From Eledone cirrhosa (lineage: Eukaryota): a stretch of 64,000 bases of DNA. The notes beneath the pieces are model-generated. The model was not told the DNA's origin. It searched no databases and worked only from the letters and a program-made list of their open reading frames with translations. Position numbers and translations under genes: made by a program. The DNA is taken from positions 107,260,001 through 107,324,000 of the forward strand of contig OZ024743.1 of the NCBI GenBank assembly GCA_964016885.1, in the 5' to 3' direction. Below, piece after piece: positions 47,058 to 57,656 of the stretch (positions are counted from its first letter, which is position 1; the number at the start of each line of letters is the position of its first letter).

Positions 47058-50000
47058 CAGTTGCATTTATCTTGCTTTATGTTCATACGAGTTATCACCA
47101 AGTCACAACCAGTGACCTCAAGAGACAACAAGGTCCGCCATGTTCAAGAAAGAAGATACATACTCACACATGCATCTTTAGTGTTTAGACTTGTGATGTA
47201 CTTATATTGACAGAATCTTCCTTAGTATATGGGCAGTTCCCATTAGTACTATCTTTTGGATTTCTCCTATACGCGGGTTTCCAGGGATTTGCGATAAGTA
47301 ATCATTAGACGCCTTAGGTATCATTCCCAGAGCGCCTACAACCACTGGTATTGTTTTAGTTCTCAATTTCCACATTTTTCCAATTTCTATCTCCAGGTCC
47401 TTATACTTGCTCAATTTTTCAAATGTTTTTATAGATACATTCTTGTCTATTGGAACGGACATATCAATTAGCAGGCATACCCTCTTTTGAAAGTCCTTCA
47501 ATATTATATCAGGTCTATTTGCATCTATTTTTCGGTCTGTTTGGATGCTAAAGTTCCACAAGATTGAGATGTGATCTTTTTCAAGTATGGGAGGTGGTTG
47601 ATGCTCCCACCAATTCTTTTGATGGAGCAGGTCAAAATGCTTACACATTATCCAATGTATGTATTGTGCAGCTCTGTCATGCCTGTTTAGGTATTCGGTT
47701 GGAGCTATAGGACTGCACATTGAAATTATATGGTCAATGGTCTCTGGTTGTTTTTTGCATACACGGCATAATGAGTTGCATCCATTTTTTATTATGTTGG
47801 CTTGGTAATTTTTTGTTGGCAGACACTGATCTTATGCTGATATAATCACTCCTTCAGTCTCCGATTTCAGTCCAGAGGATGCCAACCACTGATGGGTTAA
47901 AGTTTTGTCAACATCAGGATTGTTAGCTCGCTCTGGGTATTTTCCATACAGAGGCTTGTCTTGCCATTTCTTAGCCAGTTTCTGTAGCAGTTCTTTCTTT
48001 GCAGTTACTTTTACCTGCTTTGCTTTTTCTGTGTTTTCCATTTCAGCAGTAAATGGGACTTCTGAAATTTGTAGTCCATTACTGTATCTTTGTGCATCTT
48101 TTGTAATGGAATATGATCTTTTGATGCTTTCGTGTTTCAAAACGAGTTTGATCATCCAATCATGTGATTCCCTTAGATATGTAGATAATCCAATTGTTGC
48201 AGTTTTCAACGCAATGTCTAACTGGACTAACCCACGTCCTCCTTCTATCCTAGGGAGATATATTTATCCATATCTGCCTTAGGGTGATGCATTCTGTGCA
48301 TGGTAAAGAATTTTCGAATTTTTGTATCGAGCCTACGGATCTCTGTGCTTGACCAGTTGATGACATTGTAACTGTAAATTCCGTTCTTAAGATTGCTCTT
48401 ACTCTGCGGTAACATTCCTTCCTTATCTTTTCCCTCATTGTCGAGTGCTTGATTCCGTCTCCTTCACAAACACCTAGATATTTGTAAGTTTTTTCTTGAT
48501 CAAGTTCTCTTATCACGTTCCCCCGATCAAGATTAATGTCTGAACTCTTCAGCAGCTTTCCTCTGGTAAACGTTGCTTTGGCGCATTTATCTAGTCCAAA
48601 CTCCATTTTAATGTCATCACTGAACTGCTCCACAGTGGATGCCTTTGCAATTGTTCATCATTTTTTGCAAATACTTTCAGGTCATCCATGTAGAACAAGT
48701 GATTAATGGTTTTGTCATAGACTCTATATCCATGTTTTGCTTCATTGAGCATTTTACTTAATGGTATAAGTGCAATGCAGAATAAAAGCGGTGATAAAGA
48801 GTCACCCTGAAAAATTCCACAATTAATATTAACTTCTCCAGCTTCCAGCGATTTCGTTTCACTATTCAAAAGGAGTGTCGTTTTCCATGTCTTCATACTG
48901 AATGACAAAAACCTGACAACGGGGGATATTTTGAAAATCTCTAAACATTTTTCAATCCAACTGTGTGGCAAACTATCGAATGCTTTTTATAGTCTATCCA
49001 AGCAATTGATAGATTTTTGTGTCTATTATGACAATCTTCCAGTATCATTTTGTTAACCAAAAGCTGATTCTTACAGCCATATGAGCCTCGTTTACACCCT
49101 TTCTGCTCAATGTGAAATAGGTCATTTGTTATCAGGTGGTCATATGTGTATTCAGTTAGGACTGATGTTAAAATTTTATACATTGTGGTCAAGCAAGTTA
49201 TCGGTCTGTAATTTTTGGGATTGTTTGTCTCATCATTCTTCGGAAGCAGGAATGTAATGCCGTTAACTAGCCATGATGGTATCTTTTCTGGCTCCTTAAC
49301 TATTTCATTGTAAAGTTGGGCTAACAGCTCATGAGACTCTGTGAAGGCATTTATCCAAAAATTTTGTATTTTGTCTTTTCCTGGGGATTTCCATTTGCTG
49401 GTTTTTCTTAGAGCCTAGCGCAACTGTTCAACTGTTATGTTTTCCCATATTTGTTCCTCAAGGTGAGCTGTATCTTTCATTTGTCTGTCTATCCATGAAG
49501 CATTATGTTATGAACTTTTTCTTCGGCCCAGATCTTTTCCCAGAATTCTTGCACTTCCTCCTTGGGTGGTATTGATTTAGCAGTTATTGTTGACTTACCA
49601 ATTTTTCTGTAGAAGTTTCTTTGGTTGGTTTTGAACATATTATTGTCCTTATAGAATCTAGATCGTTTTTCAAAGCGCCTTATACGAGCAGCTTTGGTCG
49701 ACACTTTTTGCTTGATTATTTCTATCAGCATGTCTATGTCACTTGTTGATTTTATACTATACTTTCTTTTCAATTTTCTAAGTTTAGTTTGTTTAACATG
49801 TTCACCTACTTTATAGTTTGTTAAAATTTCTATGTCAGATCGGAGAAGGTTTATTTGGCGATTGATGTTCTCTTGCCAAGTAGATTTCTTGTGGGAATTC
49901 ATTTGTTTTTTCATCTTCACTCCACATAAGTGAGTGGTGACTTTAGCCGATGCATAATAGAGATGATTTAAATCAGTAATGTTTAGTTTGTTTGTGATGA

Positions 50001-50952
50001 TAATGTTTTTGAGAATTAAGTTAGTCTTGTGTATTATCTTTTGGTTCTGTTTGGAGTTCTGGATCTTAGGGAGGGTGTCTCGTTGCTCCATGTCAGATTC
50101 TTTCATTTTCATCCATTCGGTCATAATTTCATCCTTCAAGTTGGCAAGTTCATTCTCATTCATTTCTTTATCATTTACGATCTCATTATTTTCATTTGGA
50201 GTTTCATCTTGAGCATGCACTCCCTCCACTTTTTCGATCCTTTCTTTAATTTGTTCTGTTGCCAGTGATTCCGCCCCAACCCTGGGATTCGAAGTGTTAC
50301 AATTTACCTCGTTTTCACTGACACATGTTTCATTTTCCCTTCGCTGACTTTGTGCTAATAGCTTGATCTGATCAATTTCTATATCAGCTAGTAACTTTTT
50401 TTTAACAATATTTCTTCGTATATTGGCTAGTTTGTTACTGTCAATATAGCCTCTGTTTTCGGGATGTTTCTTTTTCCAGTTGATATATGTCTATTCTGTA
50501 TTCGATGTATTTGATGGGTAGTACATGGCAGTGTAGAAAGCCTCAAGGACTTCTTTATTATCTTCCCTTGACCCTTTTTCTCTCTTTTTCTTTGGATTTC
50601 TTGGTGGTGAGCATGGAGGGCCAACAGTAGGAGTATTCCGGTCATGGGAGGTCTCCAGCTCCGAAGTGATGGGAAGGTTTGAACCATTAGCTGATTTTTC
50701 GACCCCAGTCTGGTTCCTCTCTGAGGGACGCGGCCCTTTTTTACCCGGGTGACGGCCGATCCGGTATGAGATTTTATCATTAGATATTTACTTTATTTTG
50801 TCGCGTTTTATCCTTATCCGCCAAGGGTTAATCATTTCGTGTTACCACTTCTAGAACGAGTGTCAACCAAGACTAGAGGGGTCGTTCTCCCCTAGAGACA
50901 CGGCTATTCCCCGGCGGCCGCCATCCCGGTATTTCTTGGTCACGGGGTTTTC
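47058..50952 (-). mobile_element. R4/Dong-type RLE retrotransposon C, near full length, multiple frameshifts (family distinct from A/E)
   Basis: N-terminal KLANIRRNI block, [56 protein letters not shown]; (TAA)n tail; GC-rich 5' leader. Confidence 0.9.
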
Positions 50953-51039
50953 TTTTTTGTTTTTTTTTTAAATTGTTATTATCATGAGTGGTTCCTTAAT
51001 GTGAGCATTGCGTGACTTAAGAATGAAATTATTAATAAC

Positions 51040-51092
51040 AATAATTGTCTCCACTCCAGGCACAAGGCCAGCAATCACCCAGTGCATTACAA
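51040..51092 (-). mobile_element. 3' stub of the tRNA-SINE inside the array spacer
   Basis: GGCACAAGGCCAGCAATCACCCAGTGCATTAC. Confidence 0.6.
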
Positions 51093-51591
51093 TAATATAA
51101 TATACTTATTGCTGAAGTTGCCTGTTATTGTTGTTGGCTATGTCGGTGGTGGTGCTGGGGCTTTTTATATTGTTGGTGAGGAAGGGGGGAGCCAGCAGTG
51201 CCATAGTTGTTGACGTTTGGCCGGTGGCCAGGTCACTAAGTCAATCTATTTATATCTTTTGCTAGCATCTCCCTTGTCTAGTGATACCGCGACCTTCCTC
51301 TTTCTTAAGTTAACAGGGGAATAGTGGTGGTAGCAATGAAGGATTATTATTAATATTATTATTATTATTATTATTATTGAATGCCATGGTTGACGGAGGC
51401 TCGGCTCTGTAAGGTATAGTAATTTTTAACCGTTAAAACAATTGTAAATTGTTTAAAACTTGAACCAAATTGTTGATAAAGACACCCTCCTCCTCGTGAG
51501 AGGGGTCTTTCTGTCCGTTATTTGGCCCTTCGGGGTTAAATAACCAGTTATTGGGGTTTTGTACCCAAAATTTCATTTTAAACAAAAAAAC

Positions 51592-53688
51592 ATGGCTACC
51601 AAAAAGAAATTTCATACGTCACTCCCACTCATTCCGTCTTCTTCTTCCTCAATCATCACTACAGCAGAGAGAAGATTGTCTCTCTCCCTCCCTTCTTTAA
51701 ATGTGTCTCTCTCCCTCCCTTCTCTTTCGCAAGTGACGAAAGAAAAGAAAAGTCTCGTGCAAAGCGTGCAAGGTTTCTCCACGACGACGACGACAGCGAC
51801 GAAACAGGTGTGCGGGAAATACGAAAACCCAGTTCATTCGTCTGACGTCAGGAATAATAGCAGTAGCAGCCGTAATAACAACAGCAACAGTGACAATGAA
51901 AACAACAGTAGCAGCCGCAACAGCATCACCAGCAGCATAAACAACAACAGCATTAGCAGCAGCAACACCAACAACAACCACAGCAACAGCGGCGGAGGCA
52001 GTAGTCGTAGTACCTGCAGCAACAACAAAAGTACCAGCAGCTCTGACGACAACAACAACAGCAGAGAAAAACCAATCTCATTTGCAGGTATTGCGAAAAA
52101 CCTGGAAACAATCCTCATAACAAATGAGGAATTAGAGGAAGCGAAGAAGATGGTGACAAAGAACGGACACCGAGCAATCTGCAAGGCAGCGAAAAATTTT
52201 TTCGAAACCCAAGAGCACTGTACGGTCACGTACCGTACAGTAAGTACAAAATCCCGTAGGGTGGAAAGAGCCACAGAGGCCCAAATACAAAAAGCCTTGG
52301 GGTCTGTGTGGCAGAGGAAAACGCACATCACCCGAGGCAAAAAATACGCCACCGTAGACGTACTTTTTGCCACACCCCAGGAGGCAAAGGCCCAATCAGT
52401 AGTGACCCTAAGGAGCGAGGAAATGGTGTTGGTGCCCTCCTACTGCGGGCAAAAAATTGTGAGGGTCAAACTGACCCACGTCCCCCCCGGAATGACCCCT
52501 TCTTGGCTGGCCGCGTCTGTCCTCGTCGGAATCGAGGACAAAACAACTGTACTGCAAGTACAGAAAAAAGTAAGAGAAGATTGGGTCGGCTCCTCCATTG
52601 AGATGCTAATCCAAACCAACCAGGAGTGCATCGAAGCTATCCCGGATGTGATAGACTTCGATAACGGCACTCAACTGCCCATAAGTGTTGAGGGCAAACG
52701 CCCGAAATGCTTTCGCTGTGGATCGAAGACTCACCTCAGGGCCTTCTGCAACGAGAAGACCATGAGAAAGGAGAAAACCCCCCTCCTCCCGAATCCGGTT
52801 CCACGGCTACCAGCAACAGGACAAGCGGCAACCAGGAACGATAGGTCCGTGGCACCCATACCCACTCCACGGAAATCAAAGACAGCAGCAGCAGTGGAAA
52901 TATTAACAACAACAACAGCAATACCAAATGCAGCTGCAACAGAGACTCCAGTGCAAACATCACCAACAACAACAAGTGAAAGAGTGGAGCTGGTACCCCT
53001 CCCCGACCTTACAGAATCAGACATGGAGTGTGAGGTGGGAGAGGGATGGCAAAAGGTCTCAAGAAGGCACAAACGCAGAAGCAGCGCATCGTCGCCTTTG
53101 AAAAGGGAGGAAAGAAATGAGAAAAGGGTAAAGTCTACTGCAAAGAGACCCACAGCAGCAACACCACCAACACCATCACCACCCACACCAGCACCACCAT
53201 CACCACCGGCGACAACCCCACCGCCAACAACACCTTCAACACCACCACCACAAGCACCAACATCGCAAACACAACAACAAAACACACACACCCAGCAACA
53301 ACGACAAGAAAATAGCAGAACCACACCCCACCCCCAGAAAAACAAATGCACGGCAATAAACACACACAACAAGAAACTAATGACTTACATAATTGAACAC
53401 ACAGACATTTCACAACAGGACTACATAATACCAGCACCAATCAAAACGCCAACTAACATAAGACTGCTAAAAATAGCACAGAAACAATACACAAACATTA
53501 AAACGAAATTCCCCAACGCAGTTGGTGATTTCAGGGACCTAGGAGGAACCATTAATCGAAGAGTATATTCAGACATTCTCTTAGAAGAGCCGACGACCAG
53601 CCGAAGGGACGATTCAACGGTCCCTTCACCAGACGATCAAGTGAAAAGGGATGTAAAAACCATCCCTCCTCTACCAAAAGTACGGTAA
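51592..53688 (+). CDS. B2 ORF1, gag-like nucleic-acid-binding protein
   Basis: AAAAACATGG start, Asn/Ser-rich N-terminus, CX2CX4HX4C knuckle CFRCGSKTHLRAFC, Pro/Thr-rich linker. Confidence 0.88.
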   Translation: MATKKKFHTSLPLIPSSSSSIITTAERRLSLSLPSLNVSLSLPSLSQVTKEKKSLVQSVQGFSTTTTTATKQVCGKYENPVHSSDVRNNSSSSRNNNSNSDNENNSSSRNSITSSINNNSISSSNTNNNHSNSGGGSSRSTCSNNKSTSSSDDNNNSREKPISFAGIAKNLETILITNEELEEAKKMVTKNGHRAICKAAKNFFETQEHCTVTYRTVSTKSRRVERATEAQIQKALGSVWQRKTHITRGKKYATVDVLFATPQEAKAQSVVTLRSEEMVLVPSYCGQKIVRVKLTHVPPGMTPSWLAASVLVGIEDKTTVLQVQKKVREDWVGSSIEMLIQTNQECIEAIPDVIDFDNGTQLPISVEGKRPKCFRCGSKTHLRAFCNEKTMRKEKTPLLPNPVPRLPATGQAATRNDRSVAPIPTPRKSKTAAAVEILTTTTAIPNAAATETPVQTSPTTTSERVELVPLPDLTESDMECEVGEGWQKVSRRHKRRSSASSPLKREERNEKRVKSTAKRPTAATPPTPSPPTPAPPSPPATTPPPTTPSTPPPQAPTSQTQQQNTHTQQQRQENSRTTPHPQKNKCTAINTHNKKLMTYIIEHTDISQQDYIIPAPIKTPTNIRLLKIAQKQYTNIKTKFPNAVGDFRDLGGTINRRVYSDILLEEPTTSRRDDSTVPSPDDQVKRDVKTIPPLPKVR

Positions 53689-53723
53689 GTGGTCTTTCCC
53701 ATCTTTTCCACTCTATTTTAAAC

Positions 53724-56700
53724 ATGACCTCACTCAGAATAGGCAGCATAAATGCGCGTGGCTTGGGGTCGTCATGGAAGCAGGGTCACCTGCTCAACGA
53801 CCTCAGGTCACTAAACATAGATGTAGTGGCCATCAGCGAGACCAGAATCTCCGAAGCACGGGCCTTCGCACCGATCTTCGGCGGCTACGATGTGTACGCA
53901 TCTCCCAGCCGTCCTGGATCGGGTGGAGGAGTTGCTGTGCTTTTTCGGAGAGGTTTGGATCTCGCCATACGGGCCATCTTCCTGGACCCAGAGGGTAAGC
54001 TGGTGGTGCTGGACGTGACCAGCGGAGACGGGCAAGCTTTCAGGCTAGTGGCCGTCTATGCCCCGACAGGAGCAGGGCGGCCTGATTTCTTCCGGCGTCT
54101 GGAGACCTTTCTTGGAACGTCCCGCTCTTTAGTGTTAGTGGGCGACTGGAACGGGATCTTAGATGCACGCTGGGACTGTGTGGGATTAGCGGATAGGGGT
54201 GGAGGGTGCAAGAGCCTCACCAACCTGCTCAGGCGTTTTGAACTGTCTGACAGGTACCGATTGGATTTCCCGAATGTGCCAATGTGGACTTGGACAAACC
54301 GCATAGGGTCATCCAGATCATATCTAGATAGAGTATTTTGTAGAGAAATAGATAGGTCTAGCATAGGCTGTCCACAATTCAAGATAGTCAGCTACACGGA
54401 CCACAAATTCGTGACCTGTGTGCTTGACTTAGATAGGCTTCATAGACGAGGACCCGGCTACTGGAAGCTAAACGCGTCCTTACCAGCGCGCAAGGCCTAC
54501 AGAGACCGGATTAGCGAACTAGTTAAGCGGGCGTTGACGGGGGCCATCGTCAACAACAAGTGGTGGTTTGCTCTGAAAAGAGCGATTAGAATAGAATCGA
54601 TTAGGTTTAGTAAGGCTTTAGCAATAGAGAAAAATAGAGCAGAGGGAGAACTAGTTAGAAAATTAGACGAGGCGCTTAGCAAAGGCATTGCGACCGACGT
54701 GCTTGCGGCGAAATTGGCCCTTGACCAATTCTTCAATGCAAAGCACGAAGGCTGCGTTGTCAGAGCTAGGGTGCGTGCTCTCAGACACGAGGGGACGAAA
54801 GCCGTTCAATGGGCCCGAGTGGCGGAGGCGCGTCGTGGCAACAAAGCCACGATCCGGTCTTTGGTGGACCACGACGGGCGCATGCTACTCGATCCCGGGC
54901 AAATGTGTGAAGCTTTTCAGCGACACTTCGCTCAGCTGTTCGGGGGCAGCGGGGGGCCGGGTAGAGGGATGGACTTTAGTGTCTACCTCGACGGACTGCC
55001 GCGGCTCTCGGCCACTGAGGCGAGGTGTTGCGAAAAGCCGATAACAGCCGCTGAAGTACGGGAGGCAATGACTGGCTGCACAAGGGGTAAATCGCCTGGT
55101 TTGGATGGTCTGCCCTATGAACTTTACGTACAGATGCCAGACTTGTTCGGAGGCCTCTTGGCGGACGTCTACTGCAACTGGCAACAGAACGGGAGAATTC
55201 CCAGTTCTGTGAGCCGAGGAGCGGTGGCACTGCTGAGAAAGGATCCGAACAAGGGGGATAACATAGACAATTTCCGGCCCATAACTCTGCTAAACACAGA
55301 GTTTAAGATTTTGGCCAAGGTGCTAGCAAAGAGGTTGGCGCTTGTCGTTGGTGGTCTGGTGGGAGAGGCGCAGACATGCGCCATTCCCGACAGATCCATC
55401 CACGACAACCTCCACCTCATGCGATACATCGTAGAGAGGGTAGCTAGGGAACCTGGCACGGGTGGGTCCTTGATCAATTTAGATCAGTCGAAAGCTTTCG
55501 ATAGGGTCGACCATCGTTACCTAGCGGCAGTCCTGAGGGCGGCTGGCTTTGGGCCCGTCTTCAGAGGCTGGATCGCTGCCATGCACAGCGACATCTGCTC
55601 TGTGGTGAGAGTGAACGGTCACCTGTCGGAACCGTTCAACATCATGCGCTCGGTCCGCCAAGGATGTCCCCTCTCGTCCCTCTTGTACGTATTGACTCTC
55701 GAGCCATTACTGCACAAACTGGAGACGTTGAGGGGAGTCCCGCGCGAACTAGGATGCGGAAGATCCGTGTCAGCATATGCGGACGATGTCACTGTAGTGG
55801 TGTCGAACGCCAAACACATCGAGGCGATCGGCACTACACTAAGAGAATACGAAGCGGTGACAGGAGCAATGATCAACCAGGAAAAGTCAGTGGGCCTGCA
55901 GCTCGGCACCTGGAGAGGCAGGTCCATGCCGTCCAACAGCGTCGTCGGGCGCTGGACGGACGGACCGGTTAAATTGCTAGGGGTCTGGTTCGGTCCGGAC
56001 CTCCAGACGGACAAAAACTGGGACGAGGTGACGAGCAGGGTGGCTTCTCTCACCCAGAAATGGGCGGAGAGGAAGCTATCCCTGAAAGGTCGAGCGGAGG
56101 TGGCTAACGCGTACATCGCGTCTGTCATCTGCTACCGCCTAACCGTCGTACCTTGTCCTAAGCCTCGCCTGACTGCGCTGGAGCGTTTGCTCTTTCGCTT
56201 TTTGTGGAAGGGACGTGCTCCGATGGTCAGGCGGTCCATCTGTTGTCAACACCCGCTACGTGGAGGGCTGGGCATGCCGTGGCTGATGATGCGCAGGCAC
56301 GCGCTCAGGCTACGACATCTCCACCTCTTCCTCGACGGTGATCAGGTGTGGTCGCCGTTTGCTAGACGCGTTTTTCCCCAGCTCGTTTCCTTGACGGAGC
56401 TGCAGTCCTGGGTCAAGCGAAGACCGAGAGGGAGCGCCTGGAGACTGGAATGTCTTCAGGCGCTCACAGCCCTCGACCAATCGGGCAATGTGATCGGTGG
56501 AAACTCCACCTCGGCGTTCTATAGAGGATTAGTGGAGGGGAAGAGCGACGACGTACTTGGGGAAACTCTAGGCGTCGACGAAAATCAACTAGCCAATCTC
56601 TTCGGAAGAACTTTCGGGCCAGGGCCTATGGACAACTTCCAGAAATCTCTGGCCTGGCAGTGCTACCGAGGAGCCTTGCCAGTTCGGGATAAACTCTACA

Positions 56701-57143
56701 GGCATGGAGGTGCCGTCAGCCGGGCATGTCCGAGATGCGCGCAGGGCGACGAAACCGTCCTGCACGCACTCGTCCAGTGTCCGAAAATTGCTGACTTGTG
56801 GGTTTATGTCGAACACCTGCTGTCGCGTTTAGGACGGATCCAGCTATCATCTGAGTCTATCGTGAGGATTGCCCCGCCCTCCTCCTTTAGCCGGGAAGGG
56901 CAGGCAGTTTTTATCTGTCTGGTGGCCATGGCGAAAGAGATAGTATGGTGGACACGTTTGAAAGGGCTGAAGACGAGCACTTACCTCTTCGGTGATGCTC
57001 TGATTGACTTTTTCAAATTTCATTTGAAAAGGAAAATCAGAGTAGAGAAGGAAGTGCTCTCTTCCCAGCATTTTGTTGAAAGATGGGTGAGAGAAGCAAG
57101 AATGGCCCGAGTGAATGGGCCGACTCTGAGTATATATCTGTAA
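53724..57143 (+). CDS. B2 ORF2, APE endonuclease + reverse transcriptase + Cys-rich domain (1139 aa)
   Basis: SINARGL, ISET, GDWN, YLDR, TDH, KSPGLDG, DQSKAFD, RQGCPLS, AYADD, CPRC..ETVLHALVQC. Confidence 0.95.
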   Translation: MTSLRIGSINARGLGSSWKQGHLLNDLRSLNIDVVAISETRISEARAFAPIFGGYDVYASPSRPGSGGGVAVLFRRGLDLAIRAIFLDPEGKLVVLDVTSGDGQAFRLVAVYAPTGAGRPDFFRRLETFLGTSRSLVLVGDWNGILDARWDCVGLADRGGGCKSLTNLLRRFELSDRYRLDFPNVPMWTWTNRIGSSRSYLDRVFCREIDRSSIGCPQFKIVSYTDHKFVTCVLDLDRLHRRGPGYWKLNASLPARKAYRDRISELVKRALTGAIVNNKWWFALKRAIRIESIRFSKALAIEKNRAEGELVRKLDEALSKGIATDVLAAKLALDQFFNAKHEGCVVRARVRALRHEGTKAVQWARVAEARRGNKATIRSLVDHDGRMLLDPGQMCEAFQRHFAQLFGGSGGPGRGMDFSVYLDGLPRLSATEARCCEKPITAAEVREAMTGCTRGKSPGLDGLPYELYVQMPDLFGGLLADVYCNWQQNGRIPSSVSRGAVALLRKDPNKGDNIDNFRPITLLNTEFKILAKVLAKRLALVVGGLVGEAQTCAIPDRSIHDNLHLMRYIVERVAREPGTGGSLINLDQSKAFDRVDHRYLAAVLRAAGFGPVFRGWIAAMHSDICSVVRVNGHLSEPFNIMRSVRQGCPLSSLLYVLTLEPLLHKLETLRGVPRELGCGRSVSAYADDVTVVVSNAKHIEAIGTTLREYEAVTGAMINQEKSVGLQLGTWRGRSMPSNSVVGRWTDGPVKLLGVWFGPDLQTDKNWDEVTSRVASLTQKWAERKLSLKGRAEVANAYIASVICYRLTVVPCPKPRLTALERLLFRFLWKGRAPMVRRSICCQHPLRGGLGMPWLMMRRHALRLRHLHLFLDGDQVWSPFARRVFPQLVSLTELQSWVKRRPRGSAWRLECLQALTALDQSGNVIGGNSTSAFYRGLVEGKSDDVLGETLGVDENQLANLFGRTFGPGPMDNFQKSLAWQCYRGALPVRDKLYRHGGAVSRACPRCAQGDETVLHALVQCPKIADLWVYVEHLLSRLGRIQLSSESIVRIAPPSSFSREGQAVFICLVAMAKEIVWWTRLKGLKTSTYLFGDALIDFFKFHLKRKIRVEKEVLSSQHFVERWVREARMARVNGPTLSIYL

Positions 57144-57402
57144 ACTAAAGGTGGAAAACTGGGAGAGGGCACTTGCCTTGGTGGTCAGGGTCATTGTGGC
57201 TTTTTACTGGGCTTTCTCCACAAATGTCCCTCCGAAGTCTCCCCCCTATTGGGGAATTTTTCATTGTTATTTTCATTGTTATTTTTGTTACATCCTCTGT
57301 TTTTGTTTTTTACACGCAGAAATGCCCATTTGTACCGTCCTGCATTGTCCTGCACTGTCCTTAATGTCTACTTTATGTAAACCCTTGTGGTTAATAAAGA
57401 AA

Positions 57403-57446
<44 letters not shown>

Positions 57447-57656
57447 GACGAAAGTGGATGTACGTTTTTTGAAGCTCCGTGAGTAAGCAATTTTTGAGGA
57501 TTAATTGTAGAGAATTGTTTATTTTTTGTACCGCTGAAGCATTATAAGACATTAATTTGTATCCTGTGAAGGAATAACTCATAATATTTGGGCCTTTTGG
57601 CCCAAATATTTGAACTTTATTTTGAAAAAAATAATAATTTTTTTTCTCAAAAAAAC

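Larger units (their letters stand above)
51379..57404 (+). mobile_element. Full-length intact Tx1/L1-clade LINE B2 (6.0 kb) inserted in (TTA)n
   Basis: 5'UTR, ORF1, ORF2, 3'UTR with AATAAA; junctions TTATT|GA and C|ATTATT. Confidence 0.95.

Noticed and set aside
51478-51510. CCTCCTCGT resembles the L3 loop of an HDV-like ribozyme in the Tx1 B 5'UTR
   Set aside because: No matching P1, no P1.1 GG and no P2/J4-2; it folds better as a simple hairpin
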